In this document: positions 8,905 to 17,478 of the stretch, piece after piece
How the letters are laid out: the number at the start of each line of letters is the position of its first letter
Position numbering within the stretch: position 1 is the stretch's first letter
Source of the DNA: Candidatus Poribacteria bacterium
GTDB taxonomy: Bacteria > Poribacteria > WGA-4E > WGA-3G
DNA: 64,000 nucleotides
Assembly: GCA_965214095.1 (NCBI GenBank)
Contig: OZ243938.1
Location: 992,001 to 1,056,000, forward strand
Reading direction: 5' to 3'
The notes under the pieces: model-generated
The model's database searches: none
Seen by the model: only the letters and a program-made list of their open reading frames with translations
What the model was told of the DNA's origin: nothing
Program-made: the position numbers and the translations under genes

Positions 8905-10353
8905 ATGAAAAGCATCGTTTTACTAATTACAGATACATTTCGCTATGACAATCTCGGTGACCGTGCGGAAAAGCCTATCCGCACACCGATGCTTGATAGT
9001 TTTGAAGCGGAACGCGCAACTGCTATTGATAAGTTCTATATGAGCAGTTTCCCAACTATTCCGCATCGGACGGACGTTGCGACTGGCACACTCGGATGGC
9101 CTCACTATGGGTGGCAGCCGATTGATCAAAGCGGACCAAACCATATTGCGAAACTCCTCGCTAGTCAAGGATATGCAACGCAGCTAATTTGCGACTGTCC
9201 ACATCTATTCAATGCTCGTTTTCAGCAAGGATTTCAGGCTGCTTTCCAGCATCGCGGACAAGAAGGTGACAAACCATTGCTCCATCTCAATGATGAAATA
9301 CAGACTATCATGCCAGATGATAAAACGCGACCACAACCTGCTTTCCGCGGCAACACATTACCCAATACACACAGATGGACAAACCGATACTACCAATATG
9401 AAGCAGAGACATTTTCTGGAAGAACATCCCAATCTGCTATACGATTTTTAGAAGAAAACTATCGTTCCGGTCCGTTCTTTCTATGGGTAGATTTCTTTGA
9501 TCCTCACGAACCTTGGGATCCACCTGAATATATCGTTAAACGATATGATCCAGATTATACCGGTCCGCCGATGTTGCACCCGAATTATGGACGTTCATCA
9601 ATTTACACTGATGCGGAGCTGCACAATCTCTGGGCACATTATGCTGGAGAATCTGAACTGATTGATAGACATATCGGTCAGATTATTCAGAAAGTTGATG
9701 ATCTTGAACTATGGGATGATACCCTCGTCGTTGTAATGTCTGACCACGGTATGTCTATCGGAGAACATGCACGCACTGGAAAATCTAACATTGATTCAGA
9801 AGACCCACGGTATTGGCCAACATATCCTGAGATTAATCATGAAATGTTCCTAATCGCAGGCGGAGATGTACCACAAGGTCAAAAACTTGATATGATTGCA
9901 CAACCGATGGATATTTTACCTTCATTGTGTGATCTTGCAGGTGTCACACTTGATCCACCGAAACCTTTTGAAGGTCGTTCTTTTGGCGAGGCACTTCTCG
10001 CTGGAGATTCGCAGCATAGAGAGTATGCAGTAACAGGCACACACATCGGTTCACGAAACGGCAATATGCCACGTCGCGCGACTACACCATTTCTTGTGAC
10101 TGAACGTTGGGGATACGCACCAGTTGGTGAACTCGGTTTGCCTGAACTGTTTGATTTGTCAGTTGACCCTATCGCAACGAACAATCTTGCTGAGGATAAT
10201 GCTGCACTTGTTGCGGAACTGCATCAACTCTTTATAGCACATTTATTGGAACATAATGCACCTGAAAACTTCCTTGCACTTTGGCAAGAACCCCCTACCG
10301 GAGATGGCCGTGGAAAATGGGCGATTGATTATCCTGATGAAGAAAAGGAATAA
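8905..10353 (+). CDS. Sulfatase-like hydrolase (alkaline phosphatase superfamily)
   Basis: LLITDTFRYD, PTIPHRTDVATG, FFDPHEPWDPP, MSDHG and ELFDL..DP motifs. Confidence 0.85.
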   Translation: MKSIVLLITDTFRYDNLGDRAEKPIRTPMLDSFEAERATAIDKFYMSSFPTIPHRTDVATGTLGWPHYGWQPIDQSGPNHIAKLLASQGYATQLICDCPHLFNARFQQGFQAAFQHRGQEGDKPLLHLNDEIQTIMPDDKTRPQPAFRGNTLPNTHRWTNRYYQYEAETFSGRTSQSAIRFLEENYRSGPFFLWVDFFDPHEPWDPPEYIVKRYDPDYTGPPMLHPNYGRSSIYTDAELHNLWAHYAGESELIDRHIGQIIQKVDDLELWDDTLVVVMSDHGMSIGEHARTGKSNIDSEDPRYWPTYPEINHEMFLIAGGDVPQGQKLDMIAQPMDILPSLCDLAGVTLDPPKPFEGRSFGEALLAGDSQHREYAVTGTHIGSRNGNMPRRATTPFLVTERWGYAPVGELGLPELFDLSVDPIATNNLAEDNAALVAELHQLFIAHLLEHNAPENFLALWQEPPTGDGRGKWAIDYPDEEKE

Positions 10354-10402
10354 TTTAACCTGAGTTACCACCTATGTAGCATAAATAATTATTTACACAC
10401 TA

Positions 10403-10610
10403 CGGTAGGTTCGGTTTCCTAACCGAACCGGCTTTGTTCCAAATACCTTCATAGAGGTTCTCGCGTAGGATCCGGTTCGGTTAGGAAACCGAACCTACCG
10501 TCCTGGGGAAAACGCCTAATTTACACTAAATTGACGCCCATGGCTCGGTTTCCTAACCGAGCCGGTGTTTGTTCAGTCTCATAGATGCGGTTAGGAAACC
10601 GCATCTACCG
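10403..10610. repeat. Two REPIN-like inverted GTAG-REP pairs
   Basis: CGGTAGGTTCGGTTTCCTAACCGAACC and its reverse complement at 10403-10500; second pair at 10542-10610. Confidence 0.8.
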
Positions 10611-10744
10611 GGGAGTGTGTCAAAATTCGCTACAGTTTAGCAACTTCATAATAAATAAACATTCAACATAAATCCGAATTCAGTTGTCTATCTTATTAAC
10701 AAATTATAAACACATATAAACACAATTGAATGATGGAGAAAAAA

Positions 10745-12670
10745 ATGAAAACTAAACTTTTTGTAGTAATCAGTACAGTGATTCTTGTATCTGCTTTCTA
10801 TCTATCTGCAACGACATTAGCACACGAACCTGTTAATATTGAGCAACTCTATAAGGACGCAAATGATTTATATCATCAAGCGAATTACACTGGGGCAATT
10901 GCATTGTATACTCAAGCACTTGTAGAATCGAAGAAACCCGATGTGAGAACTGAAATGATAGACAAGGATTTCAATACTTTTATTAACTATCGGATTGCTG
11001 TTACTTATTCTCGGCTCGCGGAACAAACAAATAATGCGGATCATTACATCAACGCATTACAACATATTGAAAAAGTTGTACCAAACGCTACCATACCAAA
11101 ACACAAAGTAGGATTAACATACCTGTGGGGACATATTCTTTATCGAACACAGCAATATGAACTCGCGGAAGAAAAATTTATGCAGATAATAGTAAACTTT
11201 CCAGATAGTTTACATGTAGAGAACGCATGGTATGCTATCGGACAACTTAACTATAAAATGGATAATTATGAAGAATCTCGAACTGCATTCAGAAATATCC
11301 TTGTTAAATTCCCTACATCTGAATTCAAAGATGATGCACAGCTTATGATCGCTCAATCACTTTTTGATGAACAAGATTTTGAGATGGCTTACAAAGAATT
11401 TGATAAATTAGCATCCCCGGCATTTAAGCAATATCCTGAGTTGCAACCCGAAGCATTGTACAAAGCTGCGTACTGTATATTCCAATTGGATAGGTATGAT
11501 GAAGCAATTCAAAGATACAATGACTTCATCAAGATGTTGCCAAATAACAAATTTGTTACTGCAGCGTACTTTGATCAGGCTGCGATTTACAGTTCTCAGT
11601 TAGACTTTGACCAAGCGCGTCTCCACTACAACATGGCGTTCCAAAGCACAACTACCCGGGAACTCCAAGCCGAAATCCTAGCTAAAATTGCAGAATCGCA
11701 TTTCAAACAAGCTGACTATGTAAACGCCATCGGAAAATACACTTTGCTAATTGATCTTTATCCCGATTCTCCCTTTATCTTAGACGCAAAACTCGGTATT
11801 GCTGACAGCTATTTCCAACTTGAACGCTGGAACCAGGCAATTACTGTATATAGAGAAGTTATTGAATACCAATCGGGTGAAATCCAACGTCTTGGTGCTA
11901 AAGAACAAGGTTACATACCATATAGTTCATATCAAGTAGCCAAAGTATATTTCAATCTTGGAACCTTTCAGAAAGAAACTGGCCAGCTTACGCTGGCAAC
12001 TGCCTCGTTCAAACAAGGATTGACTTGGTACCAAAACACCGTTGACAATTATCCTGACAACAAAATTGTGCCACATGCAGCCTATGGTGTATTTTGGACG
12101 TTCAATGAATTAGAACGGTATAATGACTTGGAAAAAGCTGCAAAAGAATATATTGAAAAATACCGAAACGATATTGAATTTGATAAATTTGCTGCAGAGG
12201 TGCAACTGCGACTCGCTGATATCAAGCGCACCGAATATAAACAATATATTGAGGCAGCAAGAGAATATGCTGATATCGCAGATTACCGTAAACTTCCTAA
12301 ATTTCATTATATTCAGATGATGGCAAAATTCTTTGAGGGTAAATGCTATTTTGAGGCTGCAAAACCAATTGATTATATAGAAGGGGATCTATCCGCAAAG
12401 TTTAATACAGACCTTCTCAAGAAATCTGTTGCTGCTTTTCAAGAAGTAAGTAAAAGGTATTCTGATGAAACTTTTTTACCAGGTGTAAATAATGGGTTGT
12501 ATCAAGATTTTCCTGAACGTATTCCGCAGGTAGAGGCTGCACTGATGGATGAAGCACAATCACAGCAGATGCTTGGAAACTATGATGCAGCTCGGAATTG
12601 TTACAAGAGAATTCCCGAGAATAGTGAATACTATGAACAGGCACAACTTCAATTAGAAAACTTACAGTAA
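10745..12670 (+). CDS. Secreted TPR protein (BamD/YfiO-like repeats)
   Basis: Signal peptide; repeated F/YP.S...A...A..YF TPR units; GGAG RBS. Confidence 0.85.
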   Translation: MKTKLFVVISTVILVSAFYLSATTLAHEPVNIEQLYKDANDLYHQANYTGAIALYTQALVESKKPDVRTEMIDKDFNTFINYRIAVTYSRLAEQTNNADHYINALQHIEKVVPNATIPKHKVGLTYLWGHILYRTQQYELAEEKFMQIIVNFPDSLHVENAWYAIGQLNYKMDNYEESRTAFRNILVKFPTSEFKDDAQLMIAQSLFDEQDFEMAYKEFDKLASPAFKQYPELQPEALYKAAYCIFQLDRYDEAIQRYNDFIKMLPNNKFVTAAYFDQAAIYSSQLDFDQARLHYNMAFQSTTTRELQAEILAKIAESHFKQADYVNAIGKYTLLIDLYPDSPFILDAKLGIADSYFQLERWNQAITVYREVIEYQSGEIQRLGAKEQGYIPYSSYQVAKVYFNLGTFQKETGQLTLATASFKQGLTWYQNTVDNYPDNKIVPHAAYGVFWTFNELERYNDLEKAAKEYIEKYRNDIEFDKFAAEVQLRLADIKRTEYKQYIEAAREYADIADYRKLPKFHYIQMMAKFFEGKCYFEAAKPIDYIEGDLSAKFNTDLLKKSVAAFQEVSKRYSDETFLPGVNNGLYQDFPERIPQVEAALMDEAQSQQMLGNYDAARNCYKRIPENSEYYEQAQLQLENLQ

Positions 12671-12739
12671 AAAATAAGGTCGCAGATAATAAAACTGATT
12701 TTCTTGAACAAGAATCTATAAAATAGTGACTTTGAGTTA

Positions 12740-12853
12740 TAGTGGAATTTACAATTGATAGGACATGTCTCAGAGGGCGAGGAAACCTCTCCCTACGGGA
12801 CTTGTGGTACTTGCAAGTGCATTGAAATGTCTTCTTAATTCTAAACTTTACTA
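12740..12853. mobile_element. TA-flanked MITE (family B) with an internal REP
   Basis: TA|TAGTGGAATTTACAATT ... AATTCTAAACTTTACTA|TA; near-identical to 46270-46384. Confidence 0.75.
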
Positions 12854-12908
12854 TAAATAAAAACCATTCTTTCATAATCATTGAAACTTGAAAGAGAAAC
12901 GGAAACAC

Positions 12909-14219
12909 ATGGAAAATGCCAGTTCATTGAACGAAGAACTTAGTCAATTCGTCGGACAGATGGGTATACTATCTGATACAGAGAATTCATACTATTCTTA
13001 TGACGATTGTGCTCCGATGGCAGTTGTCCTGCCAGAATCTGTTCAAGAAGTGCAAGAGGTACTTCGTTATGCATCAGAACACGGTTATACAGTGATACCT
13101 GCTGGAGCAGGGACAAAACTTGGTATCGGCAATTTATCAGAAAAATGTGATATTGTTCTGGCATTGACCCGCCTTAACAACATCGTAGAATATGAACCTG
13201 CTGATTTGACTGTGACCATTGAAGCAGGTATCCGTTTGGCGGATCTACAAACTGAATTGGCAAAAAATAGACAGTTCTTCCCAATGAACCCGCCTTATTC
13301 AGATCGCTGCACTATCGGTGGGATTGTTGCGACGAATGCCAGTGGTCCGCTCCGACTTCGCTATGGCACTGCTCGAAACCAAGTCTTAGGATTGCGTGTA
13401 GTGCATGCAAGCGGAACTGTCGTCAAAAGCGGTGGAAAGGTCGTCAAGAATGTCGCTGGATATGATCTAAATAAACTTTATATTGGTTCGTATGGAACAC
13501 TTGGTATAATCACTGAGGTGACCCTAAAGTTGGCACCGTTACCAATACGTCAGGCAATCATAGCATCTCAATTTCAGAATGTTCAGAATGCAGCCAAGAT
13601 GGGATTAAGTGTCGTTAGTTCGCAAACACTGCCAACATTTGCAAATTTATCAGTCAATCATTCAATTGAAATGTTCTCTGAAAAGAAACCAACGTTAATC
13701 ATTGGATTTGATGGTGAACCTGAGACTGTCACTTGGCAGCTAAACACAGTTCAAACACAATTGGAACAAAATGGTGCTGACGGTGTGCAAATTGTTGAAG
13801 ATGAATCATATCATTCTATGTGTAATGAAATTCAAGAATTTCCGAATGTTGTCAGCGAATTAGGTCATGTTATCGTTAAAGTTAATCTCAAACGAACCGA
13901 TATTGTAAATTATCTGGAGGCGAATCTTAAAGACTCAGAAATGGTGATGGTATTATTAGGTAATGGCGTTATCTATCTCAAGATACCAATAAACTCTGGT
14001 ACTGATCTTCAACAGGTAGTACATACATTAACGCAAATGCGTCAACGTGCAATAGATACGGGAGGAAATCTTATTATTGAATCTGCACCGACTGAAGTCA
14101 AACGACAGATTGATGTTTGGGGTCCGATTGGGACCACGCAAAACTTAATGAAACAAATAAAAGCAAAATTTGATGGAGCTGCACTACTCAATCCCGGTCG
14201 TTTTGTTTCAAGCATATAA
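12909..14219 (+). CDS. FAD-binding oxidoreductase, glycolate oxidase GlcE/GlcD family
   Basis: EYEPADLTVT.EAG, TIGGIVATNASGP.R.RYG, GGKVVKNVAGYDLNKLYIGSYGTLG, LNPGRF. Confidence 0.9.
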   Translation: MENASSLNEELSQFVGQMGILSDTENSYYSYDDCAPMAVVLPESVQEVQEVLRYASEHGYTVIPAGAGTKLGIGNLSEKCDIVLALTRLNNIVEYEPADLTVTIEAGIRLADLQTELAKNRQFFPMNPPYSDRCTIGGIVATNASGPLRLRYGTARNQVLGLRVVHASGTVVKSGGKVVKNVAGYDLNKLYIGSYGTLGIITEVTLKLAPLPIRQAIIASQFQNVQNAAKMGLSVVSSQTLPTFANLSVNHSIEMFSEKKPTLIIGFDGEPETVTWQLNTVQTQLEQNGADGVQIVEDESYHSMCNEIQEFPNVVSELGHVIVKVNLKRTDIVNYLEANLKDSEMVMVLLGNGVIYLKIPINSGTDLQQVVHTLTQMRQRAIDTGGNLIIESAPTEVKRQIDVWGPIGTTQNLMKQIKAKFDGAALLNPGRFVSSI

Positions 14220-14410
14220 TATATAGTAGATTTTGAAATTACTTGAATACTCTGCGTCGACGAGGTTAGGAAACCTCGCCTACCGTGGGTCGAAAGTGTC
14301 AACTTATATTTATAATTCACTATATATTCCACAAATCTATCCTGAGCAACATTCACTTTTTTGGTTGTTCTTGAAAATCATATATCACGCTATATTTTAG
14401 GAGTGAAAAC

Positions 14411-16012
14411 ATGGATAAAACAAAAGGAAGGATATTGTGGATTGATAATGTTGAAGAAACACCGCTTACCCACCCAAATTTGAAATCTGAGTTGAAGCCC
14501 TATATTCGCTTTATGGAGTTTCAAGGATACAATGTTTCCTATGCTGATAGTGATATTGATGGGATTAATTTACTCAAGGATAAGACGTTCCACGCAGTTA
14601 TACTTAATTGTGAAGTGCAAAACAGTGAATTCTTACCGACAGTTCGGGCAACAGATGCACATATACCTATTATTCTGCTAACAGAGACAGGTGGTCAGGA
14701 GATAATGTCGCAAGCAAGTATGCATGGTGTTGACGATGTGTTGATCATGCCTACAAGTCCGAGACAACTCATTTCTTCACTTTCGCTGTTACTTGAAAAG
14801 CAGAGAATGCGGGAGGCATATACACCACAAGTTTATGTCAAGAACTACAATAGGCAACGCACTTATGACGACCATCAGATGCATACGATTCCTGATAACG
14901 ATTGGCAAACGTGGATAGATACCTATATCCAATTCATAGAATGGGATATTATGTTTGATGGTCTTTCAAACATTGATGAACTAAAAACTATCCATGCACG
15001 TGAGAAACGGGAAGCCAACGCAAACTTTACCGAATATGTCAAAAACAACTATAGTTTATGGCTTGAGGGTGAAAACTCTCCTACCATGTCTGTAGATGTC
15101 TTTTACAAACATGTTATCCCTGAGATCCAAATCGGGAAGTCTGTGCTTTTTGTCGTGATGGATTGTATGCGGTTAGACCATTGGTTGAAAATTGAACCAA
15201 TCCTCTATCCTGATTTCCACATGACAAAGCATTATTACTACTCAATTTTACCCACAGCAACACGCTATTGCAGAAATGCTATTTTTAGTGGACTTTTCCC
15301 GAGAGATTTATCTGAAAGATACCCAGAACTCTATGCAGAACCTGATAATGAACACACAAGTATCAACCGTTTTGAAAAAGAGTTGATGCTTTTACAACTG
15401 GATCGGCATGGTATAGCATTAAAACCGTCACCACACTACTTCAAAATATTTGATATCCGCGGGGAAACACAATACATACAATGGTTATACGAAACAAAGC
15501 GGATAAGTTTAGCTGCTATGGTTGTAGGATTCCTGGACATGTTTACACACATACGAAGCGAGGTAGAACTATTTCAACAACTTGTTCCCAATGAAGAGTC
15601 GTTTCGATCCTTTGTACAGACTTGGTTTCAAAATTCACCAATACATAATATTTTTAGACTTGCAGCAGAACGCGGTATGACTATAATAATAACATCAGAC
15701 CACGGTTCTGTCTTATGCCAGAACCCCGCAAAAATATCCAGTCGTCATGAACTTACAAGTGGTCTACGACTTAAAGAGGGGAAGGATATAATATCCAGTC
15801 CAGATTCGGGTTTTCTAATCGATGAACCAGAAAAATACAGATTACCCGGCAACGGGTCGGAAAAGGACTACATCCTTGCTACAGGAGATAATTATTTTAT
15901 TTACGAAAACCAGTATAACTCAAATAAAGAGATATTTCAGGGAAGTTTCCAACACGGTGGCATATCACTTGAAGAGATAATCCTACCTGTTGTTATCCTT
16001 GAACCAAGTTGA
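14411..16012 (+). CDS. PorX-like protein: (pseudo)receiver domain plus PglZ phosphodiesterase domain
   Basis: ILWID...LKPYI.F.E..GY.V receiver; EANANF, DCMRLDHW, YSILPTAT.Y.RNAIFSG, TSDHG, FQHGGISLEE..P motifs as in Bacteroidetes PorX. Confidence 0.85.
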   Translation: MDKTKGRILWIDNVEETPLTHPNLKSELKPYIRFMEFQGYNVSYADSDIDGINLLKDKTFHAVILNCEVQNSEFLPTVRATDAHIPIILLTETGGQEIMSQASMHGVDDVLIMPTSPRQLISSLSLLLEKQRMREAYTPQVYVKNYNRQRTYDDHQMHTIPDNDWQTWIDTYIQFIEWDIMFDGLSNIDELKTIHAREKREANANFTEYVKNNYSLWLEGENSPTMSVDVFYKHVIPEIQIGKSVLFVVMDCMRLDHWLKIEPILYPDFHMTKHYYYSILPTATRYCRNAIFSGLFPRDLSERYPELYAEPDNEHTSINRFEKELMLLQLDRHGIALKPSPHYFKIFDIRGETQYIQWLYETKRISLAAMVVGFLDMFTHIRSEVELFQQLVPNEESFRSFVQTWFQNSPIHNIFRLAAERGMTIIITSDHGSVLCQNPAKISSRHELTSGLRLKEGKDIISSPDSGFLIDEPEKYRLPGNGSEKDYILATGDNYFIYENQYNSNKEIFQGSFQHGGISLEEIILPVVILEPS

Positions 16013-16073
16013 CATACTCACCGAGCTAAAGCTCCGGTGATTCTTTTGAAGAATCACACAAGCGATTGTGGTA

Positions 16074-17234
16074 TCAACAAGGGGTGCTTGCCGAAGCAAG
16101 TCTGATCCCCTCTACTCCAAAGGTAGATGCCCCTACCTTATGAATATTAATAGCAGCGTTTATATCGCGGTCATGTTGGATTTGACATTTATGACAATAC
16201 CAATTGCGAATACTCAGATCAAAGAACATTTGGATTTGCCCACAGGCGTGACAGACTTTGCTTGTAGGTGTCCATCTGTTAATTATTTCAACGCGTTTGC
16301 ATCTTTTCTGTGCTTGCCACTTGATTTTCTGCATGAAGTCGCCAAAGGCATAGTCAGAAACTTTACGTCCCCAAAGACGTTTCATGCCTTCAAGATTCAG
16401 GTCTTCAAAGAAACAGACATCAAACTTTCGGACAAGTTCAAGAGCAAGTTTCCAGTGATGGTCTTCGCGTTGCCGATTGATTTTTCTATGCACGCGTGCC
16501 GAGTGTTTCCTCACACGGCGGCGATTATTACTGCCTTTTTGCTTCCGAGACAACGCACGACTCGCACGTTTTATCAGTTTAGAAGCAGACTTATAGAATT
16601 CAGGAGATTGATATTTCGTGCCATCGGAACAGGTGAGAAAATCCTTGAGTCCAAAGTCAAACCCTGCTGTCTTACCAGTCTTAGGTGCAGGCTCAAGTCC
16701 TTCAGCATCTGTTGTGATAGTGATATGCCAATCGCCTACTGCGTCTTTCTTAACGGTAACCTGTTTGATATTACCTTCAATAGGTCGACTATACCAGAAG
16801 CGATACCATCTTCTATTAATACGGATTTTCGCAACGGGACATCCGCCTGTTTTGTCAATGGGTTCTATTTTGACTTGACTTCCATCAAAGGTCATAGATT
16901 TGTACTTATACCGACTTCTAAATTTAGGTGGACGCTTCGCCCTACCTTCAAAGAAGTTTTTCCAACCTCTGTCAACGCGTTGGATACATTCTTGCAAACA
17001 CCAAGAATATGGAATAGACCAATGTTGGTATCTACCAAGTCGTTTCAGTTTTGTCAAATGCTTAATCATCCGAAATGCACTCGGTCGCTTGTAACCTTCG
17101 CATTGTCCATATATCCTGTAGTGCCGTTGCCACAACGCAATAAAATGATTATGGACATGGGCAATGATATGCAGGTCTTTTTGCAAATGACGATTTCTTT
17201 TATGTTTTTGTCCCTTGTATTTGTAGGTTCGCAT
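16074..17234 (-). CDS. tnpB: RNA-guided endonuclease TnpB
   Basis: RuvC I GFDFGLK, RuvC II FEDLNL, zinc finger SKVCHACG..CHKC, RuvC III HDRDINAAINI. Confidence 0.95.
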   Translation of the reverse strand: MRTYKYKGQKHKRNRHLQKDLHIIAHVHNHFIALWQRHYRIYGQCEGYKRPSAFRMIKHLTKLKRLGRYQHWSIPYSWCLQECIQRVDRGWKNFFEGRAKRPPKFRSRYKYKSMTFDGSQVKIEPIDKTGGCPVAKIRINRRWYRFWYSRPIEGNIKQVTVKKDAVGDWHITITTDAEGLEPAPKTGKTAGFDFGLKDFLTCSDGTKYQSPEFYKSASKLIKRASRALSRKQKGSNNRRRVRKHSARVHRKINRQREDHHWKLALELVRKFDVCFFEDLNLEGMKRLWGRKVSDYAFGDFMQKIKWQAQKRCKRVEIINRWTPTSKVCHACGQIQMFFDLSIRNWYCHKCQIQHDRDINAAINIHKVGASTFGVEGIRLASASTPC

Positions 17235-17323
17235 TACATATCCTTCGCATTACATACTGCTATGAAATGGTGCGGTGGCACTCTCAAGCGAGAGGTCGTA
17301 TCCACCGCTGTAATGCGGAACAG

Positions 17324-17352
17324 AGTATACTATAAATACACGAAAATGTCAA
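17324..17352 (-). promoter_or_regulatory. Putative sigma70 promoter of tnpB
   Basis: Minus strand TTGACA-17 bp-TATACT inside the IS left end. Confidence 0.65.
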
Positions 17353-17478
17353 GTTTTTTTGATTGATAAATATGTTAGCGGTATCTACATCCCCGTGCTA
17401 AAGCATCGGGGTCTTGACACCGAAGATATGATAATAAGACCAATCAAAATAATTGTCTCTATTTAGGAGATCTAAAAT

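Larger units (their letters stand above)
16009..17430 (-). mobile_element. IS200/IS605-family (IS1341-like, tnpB-only) element
   Basis: Subterminal hairpins CACCGAGCTAAAGCTCCGGTG and CCCCGTGCTAAAGCATCGGGG. On the minus strand the right end terminates in TCAA and the left end follows TTAT. Confidence 0.85.

Noticed and set aside
16068-17366. 432-aa plus-strand ORF
   Set aside because: It is the antisense shadow of tnpB, with no recognisable motifs; long antisense frames are common in IS605 elements
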